From Lingula anatina (taxonomy: Eukaryota; Animalia; Brachiopoda), in the NCBI GenBank assembly GCA_051362555.1, contig CM120648.1, positions 17,914,587-17,978,586 of the forward strand: a DNA stretch of 64,000 nucleotides. The letters are read 5' to 3'. The position numbers were made by a program, and so were the translations under genes. Shown here piece by piece: positions 1 to 13,814 of this stretch. Each line of letters starts with the position of its first letter. The stretch's first letter is position 1. The notes under the pieces were generated by a model. That model saw nothing but the letters and a program-made list of their open reading frames with translations. It had not been told where the DNA came from and did not search any database.

Positions 1-28
1 ATAACACACCTTGTCTTGTTTCCAGCGT

Positions 29-273
<245 letters not shown>

Positions 274-616
274 TGTATATCTGTGTTGTTGACACGTTTT
301 AAGTGCTATGCTGTATTTGGAAGCAGAAGGGGGCGGCAATAGGGTACCTGTGAAGTTAGAGGGTTATCGAGATCTGATTATATAACTCCAGTGATAGGTG
401 CAAGTTAACCGACATTGACCCTTAACTTTAGACATCCAAATGTATACAATGTATCAGTTATCTACAATATGGGGTCAGTTTGACCTGTCCATCCTTAAGG
501 CCAATACAAGTTAATGGACACAGTGATTGGTGTTATTTTACCTATTTCTGGAGAAGCTCAGGCTGGGTTCGAAAATAATGCGCCGCATGCAGTGTTGTTT
601 ACCTGACAAAGGGCTC

Positions 617-683
<67 letters not shown>

Positions 684-2663
684 TACGCACGTGCGCGCGG
701 GTGAGTGTGCGTGCATTTTCTTCCCACTCGCACTCACACTTCTGAGCACTGATCAGATCGACCAGACCCGAGATCTGTGGTCCGTTATTAGATATCGTCG
801 GTTCTCTGGTTAACAAACGTGTTAAAGACATATTTTATTTGTGGCACTTAATCTAACAGTAAAGTACACGAAAAAGAATTCAATTTGACACTAACGGCAT
901 GTACAAAAGAAGGGAGGCACTGGACAAAATTTTCAAGGTCACTCATATCAAGCGCGTCAAATACGTCCAAGTGACGATGAAGAGGAAAGCGTGAGACAGT
1001 ATCAGGGGTGTCTACAGAACACGTGTGCGGGTATTTCTTATCACAATTTGAACTGCGTCTAAAGTTGTCTTATCTGTCCTGCCAAGGTCGGCGACAAAAC
1101 GCAGGAACAAAATCAAGACTTAATTATGTCTAAATGTTGATCTTACACCTCTGGTGCATCAGTCGCAGTCATTATGGGCCAGGTATCAATAACTGTGTTT
1201 AATTAACCAAAATGATCCCGAAGACGAATACAAACAAAGCACGGGGCTTCTGGTTAGACACAAAGAGCTGATCAATTGCCTTTCCATTTGAGTATTGAAC
1301 TCAACCACACACATAAAACAGTAATAAGACCGGTATATTTTTCTACTCTGAAAGGGCCAACAAAACATTTCCCATTAATTGATACAATACATTAAATAGA
1401 CTTGAAACAAAAACAGTTTTTTTTTTTTTTTTTATGTGCGACTGTCTACAAACGGCTCCAACAACGACAGGTGTATTTACAACAAGGAATGTCAGTCCAC
1501 TGCTTCCACTATATGTGCTTCCACAAGGCCGATCATCTCAGGTCAATTGAAGACCAAATTGCTACGTTGACGGAAGAACTACTGCAAATAGCACAACAAC
1601 ATGACGAGATGTTAAAAACAAACAAACAAACAAACAAAATAAAATTGCCGGGAAGCGGTATCACCCAATTGAAGGGAACATTTGTAAACACGCAAAATTA
1701 GTGTTATTGTTGGTAAATAATAACTTTTGCTGACTCGTCACATTATAATTTTTAGGATGTTGAGTCTTATTGAATATTTGATATATAATTTTTATCCTAA
1801 GGCCATAACATTTAATGCATGCAACAATTTGCTACATTGTTATTATTGTTAAAATGATTAGGATAGTGGGGTTATATGATAAAAGCGGCCTTGTTTGGCC
1901 AAATCACGAACAATCAATATTCCTTGTTGCCTTCTTTCTTGTTATGAATGAGACTATATATGAAAGTTTGTGGTACAGTGAGATGGAGGAGACATAAATT
2001 AGTGTTATTGCGTTCTTATTGATTCTGCGTCAGATTTGTGTTGATGTAACGGGCACTAATGGCTGTCAATGTCGTTTGGATGAAGTCGCAATATAAAGGG
2101 ATTAGCTTTATATTATGTGTAATTATAGGAGAGACATGTTACATAGCAGTCACTCGATGTAAATTCTTGATGTGTCGGAGTGTGTGTGTGTGTGTGTGTT
2201 CCCACCTTCGGTTTCTGAAAAATATATCACACCAATATTTCCCTCCTGAAATTATAATTTTGACTAGCTTAATCATAGTTATTAACCGTTATTAACTGTT
2301 AGCTCTCCAAAGCACCAAAAACACCAAGTGGCGATGGTCGGCATTGCATCCGAGGCCTGTCGTTCTGGACCCCCCACCCTTTCAAATAATCCTGCATCCG
2401 CCCCTGATGTGTGTGTGTTTGTGTATGTGTGTGTATGTGTGTGTGCGTGTGTGTAAATGTAAGTGTACGTATGTAATTAACTGCCAGCGTGGTCGATGAA
2501 CGATACACCAATAAAAAGACGTTTACAACCTGCTAATTAATTGGGCTAGATTGAATTCTACTGTTCTTCATGTTTGCAAAAATCAAACTATGTTTGTAAT
2601 CAGTCGAGTAATATATTTCCTCATTAAGTTATAGGGTCAGGGGTTAAATTATCACAGTACCTG

Positions 2664-3350
2664 GGGCCGGTTTCACAAAGCAGTAGTTAGTTAGCGATCG
2701 GTAGTTAGTCTCTCGCTAGTTACAGTGCCGTTTCACGAAGCAGTCGCTAGTTCTCTCGCTCGTTATTGTCTCGTTGTTGCCTTGGATATTTAACGACTGG
2801 TCAGACCAGTCGCTAACTCTAGAGTTTCATTGTACGCATGCGTAATGAGTGAAATAAAAAGGTTGCTTAGTTACCGTTGTCTGTCGTTTGTCTTTGTATC
2901 CAATATGGCGGCTACTTTTCTTGCTATCCGTACCGCCAGACGGCAACGTAGACTACGACGTTTTCATGAAAGGCAGAATCTATTAGAATATACACACGAT
3001 GATGCAAGTTACGAGAGGTTGCGCCTAGCTGTGACAAAAAGAGCAGCAAAAAGGTGGTGGAGATCCTTTACGACGACCTCAAAGCAGACGTTCTTATGCA
3101 TTTCCAGCCACCAAAAAATGGAGAGTTTGTGCTTTCGTGACACTTTTACGCAAGAGTTCCACTTCCGGCAGACGGTTTCGAGACTACGGTGAGTAACGAG
3201 AGAACTAACGACCGAACTTTACGACTGAACTTAGCGATGAGTTAACTACTGCTTCGTGAAACACCCCTTGAAAATCGCTAAGTTTGCTCGTTAGCGAGGT
3301 AGTTCAGTAGTTAGTTGTTCTAACTAACTACTGCTTTGTGAAACCGGCCC
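2664..3350 (+). mobile_element. Non-autonomous PIF/Harbinger element (family A) retaining a transposase N-terminal fragment
   Basis: TIRs GGGCCGGTTTCACAAAGCAGTAGTTAGTTAG / CTAACTAACTACTGCTTTGTGAAACCGGCCC. CTG duplication at 2661-2663 and 3351-3353. Internal MAATFLAIRTARRQRRLRRFHERQNLLEYTHDDASYERLRL (ATG 2905) resembles the N-terminus of Harbinger/HARBI1 nucleases. Confidence 0.85.
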
Positions 3351-3552
3351 CTGAGCCGCGTGACAGAAAATTAGTGTTATTGTATTTTTTATTGATTTTG
3401 CGTCAGCTTTGTATTGATGTAATGGCTGTGTATATGTGATTTTGATGAAGTGGCAGTTTTATGTATATGGTATTATTGCGAGTTTAGACACATGTCGGCT
3501 TATCCAACCTCTCTCTCTCTCTCACACTCGCTCGCTCGCTCTTTCTCTTCCT

Positions 3553-3585
<33 letters not shown>

Positions 3586-3599
3586 GCTCTTTCTCTTAC

Positions 3600-3638
<39 letters not shown>

Positions 3639-3647
3639 CTTTCTCTT

Positions 3648-3694
<47 letters not shown>

Positions 3695-4700
3695 GTGCAG
3701 ATCCATTATACGACATGTTGCGTATATCAATAAAAGTGTTGGTTCGTGTACCTCCAGCGACAAAATAGTCGTTTACAAGGAAAATCAATCTTTGCCAATA
3801 AATATGAAACAAAAACAACCATCGATTCTATGCAGGACTAGAGTATTTCATCGTTTTTATTGCATGTTTTATAATGTTTAAATGTTTTAACACGCACTTA
3901 AAAGCGGGACAACACTGTCTGTATGCTATGTAATTATTCAAGAGATGATCACCATAGGAAAAATAAAAATTGAAGACGCAGATTTCGGCCGAGGTAGGAC
4001 CTGGTGTAACTTGACACAGAGTCCCCCATCACAGAGTTCGCTTCCAGTTCATTTGCAGTCAAGCCTCGCCCTAGATTATGACCCACTTAAACCAGGCTAA
4101 CCTTAACAATTATAACTAAATTGACGACGGACTTTCTGTCACACGGACCCTCAAATTCGTTACAGTATCATACTATCGGATATACTGTATAAACAACGCA
4201 TTAAACGTTTAAAGGACTTGATATATGGCTCGAAAATAACGGAATCTATATAAATACGCAAGAACATCCTAGACACAGTTACGTCATAAAGGGCTTTTTA
4301 TACTTCATTATTTTTTTTCTTCTGTCTTCCGGGCCATTATTCCAAACACAAAAAATCACTCAATTCGTAAAATCCATGCATAAGTCTCAAAACACTTTCG
4401 ATGATAAAATTTCATTTAAACGTGTTGACATGAAAAAAAAAAAAAACATGGTAAGTTGTGCTCGAATACCGTATGCTTTACATTGTACGGATGATTGACT
4501 TAGAACAATATGGTGTTAAATCGACTACGTCATAAAAAGTACTTCTGCATTATTGATCTATTGCGGCATTTGTCACATCAAGAGGTGCTTGGTCTCCCGT
4601 GCATTATGCCTTCCATACTCCTATAGATTTCTGCAAAGGGCACAGCTTGAACAGCTTACCGGTGGACAACGTCAGTAAGAACGTCACCGTTAAGGACGCC

Positions 4701-4734
4701 ATGATGAAAATAACGTTGATGTGCATATTTTTCG
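4701..4734 (+). CDS. PAN-EGF-LCCL secreted protein, exon 1 (start of signal peptide)
   Basis: GCC-ATG context, MMKITLMCIFF, then G|GTAAGT donor (phase 1). Joining to the acceptor at 12856 completes a hydrophobic signal peptide MMKITLMCIFFALVGLLHVTNS. Confidence 0.7.
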
Positions 4735-6300
4735 GTAAGTCAGATAGTTCGTGTTTGTAAGTGTGACTTTTCCGAATCCTAATTGGAAATCAAAATTTAT
4801 TTTCATCAGGGCGAGATGTACACAGTGGGTGTATTATCGCTTTAGCCCTAAGCCTCTTAACTCTGAGACTAATAGGTCTTGAGAAAGTACTACAACATCT
4901 AGTATTCCGAGACAAAAACTAGAAGTTGGAACGTACCGTCAAATGACAAAGAAAGATAGTCCAAAAGAACCGCTAGTCCTTTCGAATAAGTAAAATTGAA
5001 ACATTTTAAACACAGTTCACTTTACACGGTTTCGTCAATTTGGTGTGTCTGACGACCTCTGTAGTGTCGGAATGAGGCTTTTAGCAAGGTATGCTTTCAA
5101 AAAGTATGTATAAAAATTGAAACCTACAATATATTCAGCATGAAAAATTAGGCCTACCCCTTAAGTAAAATCTAACAGTAAGTGTTTTGTGCCGATAGTT
5201 AGTTGCGAAGAATGCAGTACATATTTTAATTGAAATTAATGTGGGATTTGTATGCAACAAAGCTGCACACGTAGGGCATATTTATACGTGTAGCATAAAT
5301 GTAGGCTATATACCGGTATGTACGCTATAGGAAAGGTGTGCGTGTTGAATCTAGGATAAATGGGTAGGATAAATTATCGGATATAGGCCTAATCATGAAT
5401 ACAAACAAGTGAAAGAAATATTAAGACTGAGGAATTTCATGAAAACAATCGTCAGCATTCAAAGCTGTACGACTGAAGTTACCAGTGTGACATTCATGTT
5501 AAAGTTGGAAAGCTTATTGAAGGTGCTGAAACAAAAAATTGATCAGTTCGAAATTCAATAGCCCACATTAACGGCAAATTAAACTGGCACACAAATTATG
5601 AAAATAAAATGCACAAAAAAAGACAATCCAGTCATTTTCTGAGAAATCTCACAGGGTGTACTAACTCACCGAGAATTCTTATGAACTTTTGCAGGGTATC
5701 AAAGAAGAGATTTTATTGTTAAAGATAATTTTATGATTTGATGGTGCGACTAAAGAGAACTAGACACATGTATGGTTAAAGGTAGATGGTTAGCCATGGT
5801 TTACCATCTATGAAGAGGGTTTATGCTGAGATGATGGAAAATAGTGAATACAGTCAATCACCTTAAACACTCTTAGTTTAACTTTTCACAGAACAAATTG
5901 ACTTTTAACTATTAAAAGCAGAAAGGCTTTTTTGAAAGATTTTACCCTTTAGCTTTTCCTCGCTTCGAAACTTATCATTTAATCCAATTGTGAATTAATT
6001 ACTTTTTAACTTTTAATGTATGAATTAATTAATCATTTAAATTGCACATTTATTTTACTTTTAAGAGACCCGATATAGACTAAAATGTGTTTTTGTTTCT
6101 CTTGTTCTTTTATATTAAGTTTGTACATTGTGGTATCGTTTTCATCCATTCCACTGTATACTATAAATGTGTGTGTGAGTGATTGTGTGTACGCTTAATT
6201 TATCATTATCAACGTGAACCTTATCGAAATTTGGCAATAAAAATAAAAATAATTTGTGTCGCATATTCTTTTGGATATGTGACACAAAGTGTAGTACCTG

Positions 6301-6903
6301 GGCCCCGTTTCACAAAACTTCTTAAATCCGTAGTTGACTGGCTCGAGCTGAGTGACATAGCTACCGGTAGGTCGACTACGCTGCAGTCGACTGTTTCACA
6401 AAGAATCTAAAAGTCCTAGCTCGGTTTGCTTACCGTAGTCGACGCGCACGAGAAACTCACCAAGAAAAGGAGGTGTAAAAATTCCTAAAGTTTCACAAGA
6501 CATGACGTTTCATGGCTTCTTTCGGCCGAGAACGATCGTTTATCAACAATAAAAATCAGTTAGAACAAAACAAAGTTTGTTTTTGAAAATTATTGATTAG
6601 TTTAACTTCAATCCAACTTCAATAAACAGTAAAACATTAGCTTGTCTTGGAAGACTGCCGTGGGAAGTCTAACGGTCATAAACATAAACAAACCCGCTAT
6701 CGGCTGGGTGAAGTTGCTATTTATTTTTTAATTTAAATATTCAATAAATATCAGTGCTATTCAATGACATATGACACAATATCTTGAAGGAGGTATGTTC
6801 TTTCCAAATTTTTGTTGTTTTATCCTCTAATTTGCCGAGTTTTAGATGAGCTTGCTGACTTACCGGTAAGTCTCATCCCGAGGAGGACATCGTCGACTAG
6901 CTG

Positions 6904-6945
<42 letters not shown>

Positions 6946-7066
6946 GACGTAAGCGACCTTTAAGATTCTTTGTGAAAAGGGACTTAGTGACGTAAGGACT
7001 TCGTTACGTTGGTAACCAAGCCCTAAGTCAGGGAAACCGACTTAAGTTTTTTTGTGAAACGGGGGC
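6301..7066 (+). mobile_element. Harbinger-type MITE (family B)
   Basis: TIRs GGCCCCGTTTCACAAAA / TTTTGTGAAACGGGGGC, with CTG flanks at 6298-6300 and 7067-7069. An inverted homologous copy lies at 51109-51830. Confidence 0.85.
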
Positions 7067-7246
7067 CTGGATAACGCTATCCACTGTTGATGAAACGCAC
7101 TATCCTCTGGATAGCTCTATCCAGAGGATAGCGGCCATATTTATCCACAGGATAGCGCTATCCAGCCTTGATGAAACTGGGCCCAAGCTTTTAGTCAGGG
7201 AAACCAACTTAAGTTTTTTTTTTTTTTTTTTGCGAAACGGGGGCAC
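7067..7246. mobile_element. Composite of MITE ends: GGATAGCGCTATCC-rich Harbinger-like fragment plus a second family B right end
   Basis: Palindromic ggatag/ctatcc subrepeats end in TTGATGAAACTGGGCCC. They are followed by a repeat of the family B terminus (agtcagggaaacc..cttaagtttt..gaaacgggggc). Confidence 0.6.
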
Positions 7247-7576
7247 AATATTTTGTCATCCCACACATCAAATATTCTATCAAGAGCATACATATATCAT
7301 TTGAAAAAATAAACTAATTTGCAGATTTTTTTGCTTGCAAAAGATGTTAAATTTCCACTCAATTTCCCGCTCTATTTGCGTATTTATCACTTTTTTAAAG
7401 TTTCTATAGCAATTAACTGTAAGTCTGTAACTGTTCAAATAAAGTGACAATTTTGATTGGCATATTGAGCAGTTAAGAGTGCGTAGGCCGTTCAAATGTG
7501 TTTGTAAGTCATCTGTTTTTTTGTTTTTTTTTATGTTGACACAGAAACGATTTTTAGGTGTTTTAAATAACCCCGT

Positions 7577-7618
<42 letters not shown>

Positions 7619-7959
7619 TACTATTATTATTATTATTATAACGTAATTTTATAGGGTAATTTTACGTATAATTTAATTGAGGAAGGAAATTACTCGTAAC
7701 GATCTTATATGAATTAGCAGCCCCAGCAGCAATAATGAGTGTAGACTTTGGGGCAGAAGCATTCTTGAAAGCATAAGAAATGTAGTTGGCATGATACGTA
7801 GACAAAAGCGCCGAGATGTACATATTTTCCTACCATAAAATGTGCTGCTTTAGAATAGCGATAGCTTGACCTTTCGTTAGAGTGCCCATATCAAGCATGT
7901 TCCGTAGTGTTATAGTGAACGGTCTGCTCCACGGGTCCTAAACAATGCGACAACATCAG

Positions 7960-8752
7960 GAGCCCGTTTTACGAAGTAGTCGTTAGTTAGAATAACGTTA
8001 GTTCTCCCGTTACTCACCGTACTCTCAAAACAGTCTACCGGAAGTGGAACTCTTGCGTAAAAGTATCACGAATGCACTAACTCTCCAATTTTTGGCGGCT
8101 AGAAATGCATACGAACGTTAGAATAACTAACCGAACTGTCTCGCTAACGAGAAAACTTCAGCGATTTTCGAGTGGGTTTTCACTAAGCAGTGGTTAACTC
8201 CTCGCTAAGTTCAGTCGTAATATTCGGTCGTTAGTTCTCCCGTTACTCACCGTACTCTCAAAAACAGTCTAACGGAAGTGGAACTCTTGCGTAAAAGTAT
8301 CACGAATGCACTAACTCTCCAAATTTTGGCGGCTAGAAATGCATAAAAACGTCTGCTTTGAGTTCGTCGTATAGGAACTCCACCACCCTTTTTGCCGCTC
8401 TTTTTGTCACAGTCAAGCGCAACCTTTCGTATATTGCATCATCGCGCATATATTCAAATAGATTCTGCCTATCATGAAAACGTCGTAGTCTACGTTGCCG
8501 TCTGGAGGTACGGATTGCATACAAAGACATACGACAGACAACGGTAACTAAACAACCTTTCTATTTCATTCATTACGCATGCGTACGATGAAACTATAGA
8601 GTTAGCGAGTGGTCTGACCAGTCGCTAAATATCCAAGGTAGCACGATTACGAGCGAGAGAGCTAACGATAGCTTTGTGAAACGACACTCATAACTTGTGA
8701 AACGTCACTCATAACTAGCCTCTCAGAGGTTAACTACCGATCTACTGCTTGA
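7960..8752 (-). mobile_element. Second, decayed copy of Harbinger family A with an internal duplication
   Basis: Reverse-complement match to 2664-3350, including ORF 8333-8530 (RRQRRLRRFHDRQNLFEYMRDDAIYERLRL). Segment ~7997-8115 is repeated at ~8229-8345. CAG precedes the TIR at 7957-7959. The other TIR is truncated. Confidence 0.8.
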
Positions 8753-8789
8753 AAAGGAGTCGTAGAAGGAACATTTCCAACATCCACCT

Positions 8790-9235
8790 TGAGTGTAGTG
8801 AAGTCCCAGTTAGCACGGCGCAAAGGATAAGCCATCATACCAATCATACGTATAACCGGACAAGGAGAGAGTATAGAGCGTAGAATTACAAAACGCAATA
8901 TTAAACGCTTAAACAACGTCATCATATCATACATAACGTCGCGTGAAACAAGCGACGTCGCGCATAGCATATGACGCCGTAAACACTTCCGCGCCATAAG
9001 AAGACGTCACCCTACTGACGGGAAAGAGAAAGCGACGTAAACATACAGTTAACTGTATGCGCTAACCCCCACGTCTTTAACAACGTGGGGACCCCCCCCC
9101 CCCAGCACAGCGAGGCGTTAGCGGAGCTCACCCTAACCCTAAACGGACCCTAAGCGCTGACTCCCTAACTGGACATAGGAGCAAAGCGACTAGCCCTAAC
9201 CCCTATCCTAACCCTAATGGCCCAGTCACAATGTC
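8790..9235. repeat. Interspersed repeat with (CCCTAA)-like tracts and a short hairpin, possibly Helentron/HINE-like
   Basis: CpG-rich segment, hairpin cccacgt..acgtggg near 9068-9090, and ccctaaccct motifs at 9131-9217. The family assignment is inference only. Confidence 0.35.
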
Positions 9236-9304
9236 GGCGATCTGTCGGCATGGGGTTTGGTTTTTTGGAGGGCGAATGGTGTCATTTAGTACGGTTTAGA
9301 ACTA

Positions 9305-10947
9305 CAGGGTTACAACTTAATATGGAATATTTTTTATCATTGTTATTTTTGAGTGCTGATTAAAATTCTTTTGGCTTGATTCATCAAAAAAGTATGTCAT
9401 TGAGTGAGAAAAATGTGCAGTCTTCTGTTGTGAGATATTTTGGTCAACAATATCAAATCTGACATAAGATGTAATTAAAAAGAAAAGTAACCCCTAGAAA
9501 AGCATATCAACAGTTTGATGTCAGTATTAACTTTAAGCTAAGATATTAAAGAAAATGATATCCTCCGGACAGTGATATGTTACACAGTCAAAGAACTCAT
9601 TACAGTAAATCATGAAAAGTCATCAATAGCGGGTATGACCTCCAGCAGCAGCTTGCAGCGCCCTCATCCTACATGGCATACCCTGTGGCAAGATTTTTTG
9701 AGTTTGGGTGGGGATATCATTCCACGCAGTGATATTTGCCTGTCGCATTTCATCACTTTTACAGGCCGATGACCATAGCTATTAATTCTGTGAGTTACTT
9801 CCGCCCACACCACAAATTTTCAATTGGGTTCATATCTGGGGAGTTTGCAGATCAGGGCAGTTGCTGAACCCGTTGGTTTTGAAGAAAAACAGTGATTCTG
9901 CGAGCTCGGTGAGGTGTTGCGCAGTCGTCTTGGTACACAAAGTTGTTCCTGAAGATGACTCTTACAAATCGAAGCATTGTTTGCTGTATAAGGAATCCTG
10001 GTTCAGGTTGCCTCTTAGAAAAACCAACTGGTTCTGGGCACCGGTATGAAAGGTTCCCCAAACAGAGACGTTTCCACCCCTTGCTTGCACCCTAGGCAGT
10101 ACACAATCATCGTTTTATGCCTTTTGTACACGTCGGCGGAAACGGATTCGACCGTCAACCCTAAAAAATCCATATCTGGCCTCATCACTGAAAACGACTT
10201 GATTCCAGTGTTTTGGCTGCAAAAGCACGTGGTGCAGACGTCGCTGTATTTGACCTGCTGTTAACAGTGGTTTTCCTACTGGTCTTCGTGCAAAATAACC
10301 GGCTTGTAGTAATCATTTGTTCACGGGGGACCATGAAACGGGCGTTTGAATGACATTCTGCCACTCTTTTCTGAGGACACTGGTTGTCTTTGTACGACCA
10401 GCACGGCGCACTCTAAGGAGAAGCCGATCCTGTCTTCTTGGTGTGATACGAGGACACCCTGGTCGAGGTATTGCAGTAGGTGCCCCTGTTGCAGCATTTC
10501 TTTGGAGGACTTAATACAAACGGTTCCTGATAAATGTTGAATTGCCTGACAATGACTGTCCGTTTCTGGCCATTTTCTCTGACAGCAAGAATCCCATTGT
10601 AAGCTGCGTTGCTCAGCTGTCGAACCATATCTTCTCTAAGGTACCTGTCAAGTGTCAGAGCGATCCCTTTGTTGCTTCTCTAAATACACTCCAAAGATTG
10701 ACCAAACCCATGCGTTTTTATACAAGGACAGAAATTGCCGAAAATACCACCCCTCACATTTCTGACCACAGAACATGCAACTGCATGCATCAATTGTTTC
10801 GAGAGATGTGTGGTAATTAGGTAACACACCTGGCTACACATGGAGTGACACCTCAGTTTTGGATTTAAAATAGTTAGAAAGAATACAAATATTTTGTAGA
10901 AAATTTGCTCGCCAAAAAATAATATTCCATGTTAAGGAGTAACCCTG
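9305..10947 (-). mobile_element. Tc1/mariner (DD34E) transposon copy 1, transposase pseudogenised
   Basis: TA flanks and TIR CAGGGTTAC.ACTTAA.ATGGAATATT at both ends. Fragments MVRQLSNAAY (from 10628), YQDDCATPHRARRITVFLQNQRVQQLP and PDMNPIENLW, with frameshifts and stops. Confidence 0.93.
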
Positions 10948-11804
10948 TATGATTCAGCTAGTCTAATTCTAATTTCAAGAAGGATCACTGGTGTGATTTT
11001 TTCAGCAATCGAAGGTGGTGGGGGGGGGGGGGGTCAGTTCCCCCCTAACACACCCCTAAACCCGCCACTTTATCAACGTCACTTGACAGGTACCTTAGAG
11101 AAGATATGGTTCCTTTGTTTCACCTAACCTGGTGGATACAATCGACCGCATTATTCCGCGTTCGATAAATTGTTAACTCCACTGTCGGCGATTGGTCAAC
11201 AGTTGAATGATTAAAGATGTTTATAAGTCCACTTTTCTTTGCCTGCTTATGTTTACAACCTCGGGCACAGAAGGTCACGGCTGTTCCAAATCAATGGCGG
11301 ATACAGCATCGGTAAAGAGGGTTCGATAGGCTGGGATTATCTAGCTACAGATTTACTTTAGAAACAGATCAATTTTATATCTGCAAAATTTGTGAGTAAC
11401 GTTTGCACATCATTCCTTAGGTGTTGAATAAAATACCAGAAATACCGAGGCTAATTAATTAAACAGCTAAAAAGAGAATTCTCATTCTAATTTTCATTTT
11501 CATATAAAGATAAGTAGACAAGAAACAAGGCAAACAATTGCCTCTTAGTCTAAATGTAAACTTTTTTTTCCGAAAATCTGTGTTTTTTCTTTTGTGTTAA
11601 GTGTCAAAACATCGTGCTTTTTTAGATAGTCTCGATAGACGTTCAGTCACCTTGTAACATTGGATCAATCCCCTATCAAATTAAATATCGAATTGCCTCC
11701 TTGTTCTATATAACTTTATCCAGTAGTCGATATCACTTCAGTAACAGATCAATACGGTGACCTTAGATTTGGATAATCTGGAGACCCCATCCCCATAGAT
11801 ATTT

Positions 11805-11996
11805 AGATCGATCTATCCCATTGGGGAGTCTCACTAGCTAGGTGTCAACTTAACCGGCTTAAATGTCTGTCCCGCCTACTAAAAGCTGTAAGGAAGTAAT
11901 TATCTTTGCCCCCTAGCTGACATTTAAGCCAGTTAGTTGATGGCAATTTAGCGAGACTCCCCAGGGAGTTAGACCGATCCAGATGGATCGATCTAG
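11805..11996. repeat. Imperfect inverted repeat (MITE-like hairpin)
   Basis: ggggagtctcacta..caacttaaccggcttaaatgtc pairs with gacatttaagccagttagttga..tagcgagactcccc. The right part recurs at ~12300-12348. Confidence 0.55.
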
Positions 11997-12717
11997 CATG
12001 GGAATCCAGACATTAGTCATTTGATGCTAAGTGTGTAACTGTGGATCAGTTAAAGATTAAATATTCTGTGTCTGAAAGTAGTCTGGGTCCCAGCTGGTAA
12101 GAAGGAAAAATAATCGTCCACGTCTCCAATTCCTGATCGAACTTTAGACTTATTAAATACGTACGACTCGAGGCAGCTGAAGGTGACGCAGGGATTTATA
12201 ATGAAACGAAATCGCACTCCGTTGGAGGGGTGGTTTAAAATAGATGTTATGTAGATGTTACCTCTTTATCTACTCATATGACAGTCGTCTGACAGCAATT
12301 TAGCGTGAACCCCCAGGGAGTTAGGTCGATCCAGATGGATCAATCTAAACCTCTGGGAATGCACTCTAGAGTAACATGTCTTCTGACCTTTTCGTTCACC
12401 TCACAGTCTGGGTCGGCCACACACTCGAGGACCTGCTGTCCATTAAGTGAATGTAATAAGTGAATGGTGCTTTTATTAGTTTAAAGTAGTTTTGCGAATT
12501 GAACATATCACGTTTTACTTAAAAACGTATTTTTTTCTGGATTCAGCTACAAAGCAGGTGATACTTCAGAAAGTGAGGGGGTGGGGGTGGGGGTGGGGGG
12601 GGGGGGCAAATGCTTGTTTTCTCTCCTCCAAACTTCTTCAACCATTTGTAACCATGGCAATGAGGGGATTTTAGGTTTTCATATATCATCGTTGTTTGTG
12701 GTACGTCACGTACATTG

Positions 12718-12764
<47 letters not shown>

Positions 12765-12855
12765 CCAAATAAAAAAAGAAAATGGTTGTGTGCTGATGAA
12801 TTAATAATGAGACGCTTTTTAATTAAATTGTTCAAAGTAATATGATTATTTCCAG

Positions 12856-13127
12856 CTCTGGTTGGTCTCCTCCACGTCACCAACAGTACCATATCCTGCG
12901 TGGCCACCGTCCAACATGGCGGCAGCCTGACCGAAAGTGTTATAGCGTCACTTCCGGACAGTACTCTGACCGTCTGCTCCAACGCCTGTTTCCAGAACAT
13001 CTCGTGCCGCTCGGCTAGTTACGACCACGGCACGGGTGCTTGCGTCCAGAGCACTGAGTCGACTCCCGAAATTGCTGCAGGATCTACGATGTTGACCTTT
13101 GACGGCTGTGCAGGGTTTGAGAGCATG
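12856..13127 (+). CDS. PAN-EGF-LCCL protein, exon 2 (signal peptide end and PAN/apple-like domain)
   Basis: Acceptor tttccag, donor ATG|GTGAGA. Cys pattern C-SNA-C-FQNIS-C-RSASYDHGTGA-C is typical of PAN/apple modules. Confidence 0.8.
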
Positions 13128-13814
13128 GTGAGATTAATGTACCAGCATAATACACACTAACAGATATATAATTTTTTTTGCAAGGTCCTATAGGAAGTCC
13201 TTAGGGAAACTGTCCAATAGGATGTCGAATAGATTTCTTATCGAGTAACAAGGAATCCTTTAAATTTTCATAAGTCCCTGATGGTCCTTGAAAATATTTC
13301 AATTGGACAAGGGCATACTTACCCTATGTATGTTGAAAAATATTAATTGGAATTATGTTCACATCTTTCGGAATCTCGATGAAGGCGTAGAATAAATTTT
13401 TACTTGAGGAACAATCGAGAGCACGTGTTAAATTATAATAAATTATTCATTTCTAGATAGCGATGTAACTTTGGTAAAACTTACTGTTTATTCCCACTAT
13501 TGCAAATTATATCAAAGCTATAGGCCTATCTCACATAGAATTTATAGTTACGCTATTCAGAACTCTACATTCACTTTGAAGAAGAGTGTTCATAGGTTGA
13601 ATATTACTATATAAGCTTATGCCAAATTATTGACCAATCAAATGCCAACACTTACTGGTACATGTAGTTTCAATTGGTATAACATAAAGAAGAACCACTG
13701 TATTATTCCCATGGAATAATTTTAGCACGTATATGTTCTCTTGCTCTGAGCGGTAATATAACCATGGGTTATACTGTCTTGCAACCGTTTCCACAAGAAT
13801 CTTACCATTTTCAG

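Noticed and set aside
9131-9217. Telomere or interstitial telomeric array
   Set aside because: Only a few scattered CCCTAA units inside an interspersed repeat.
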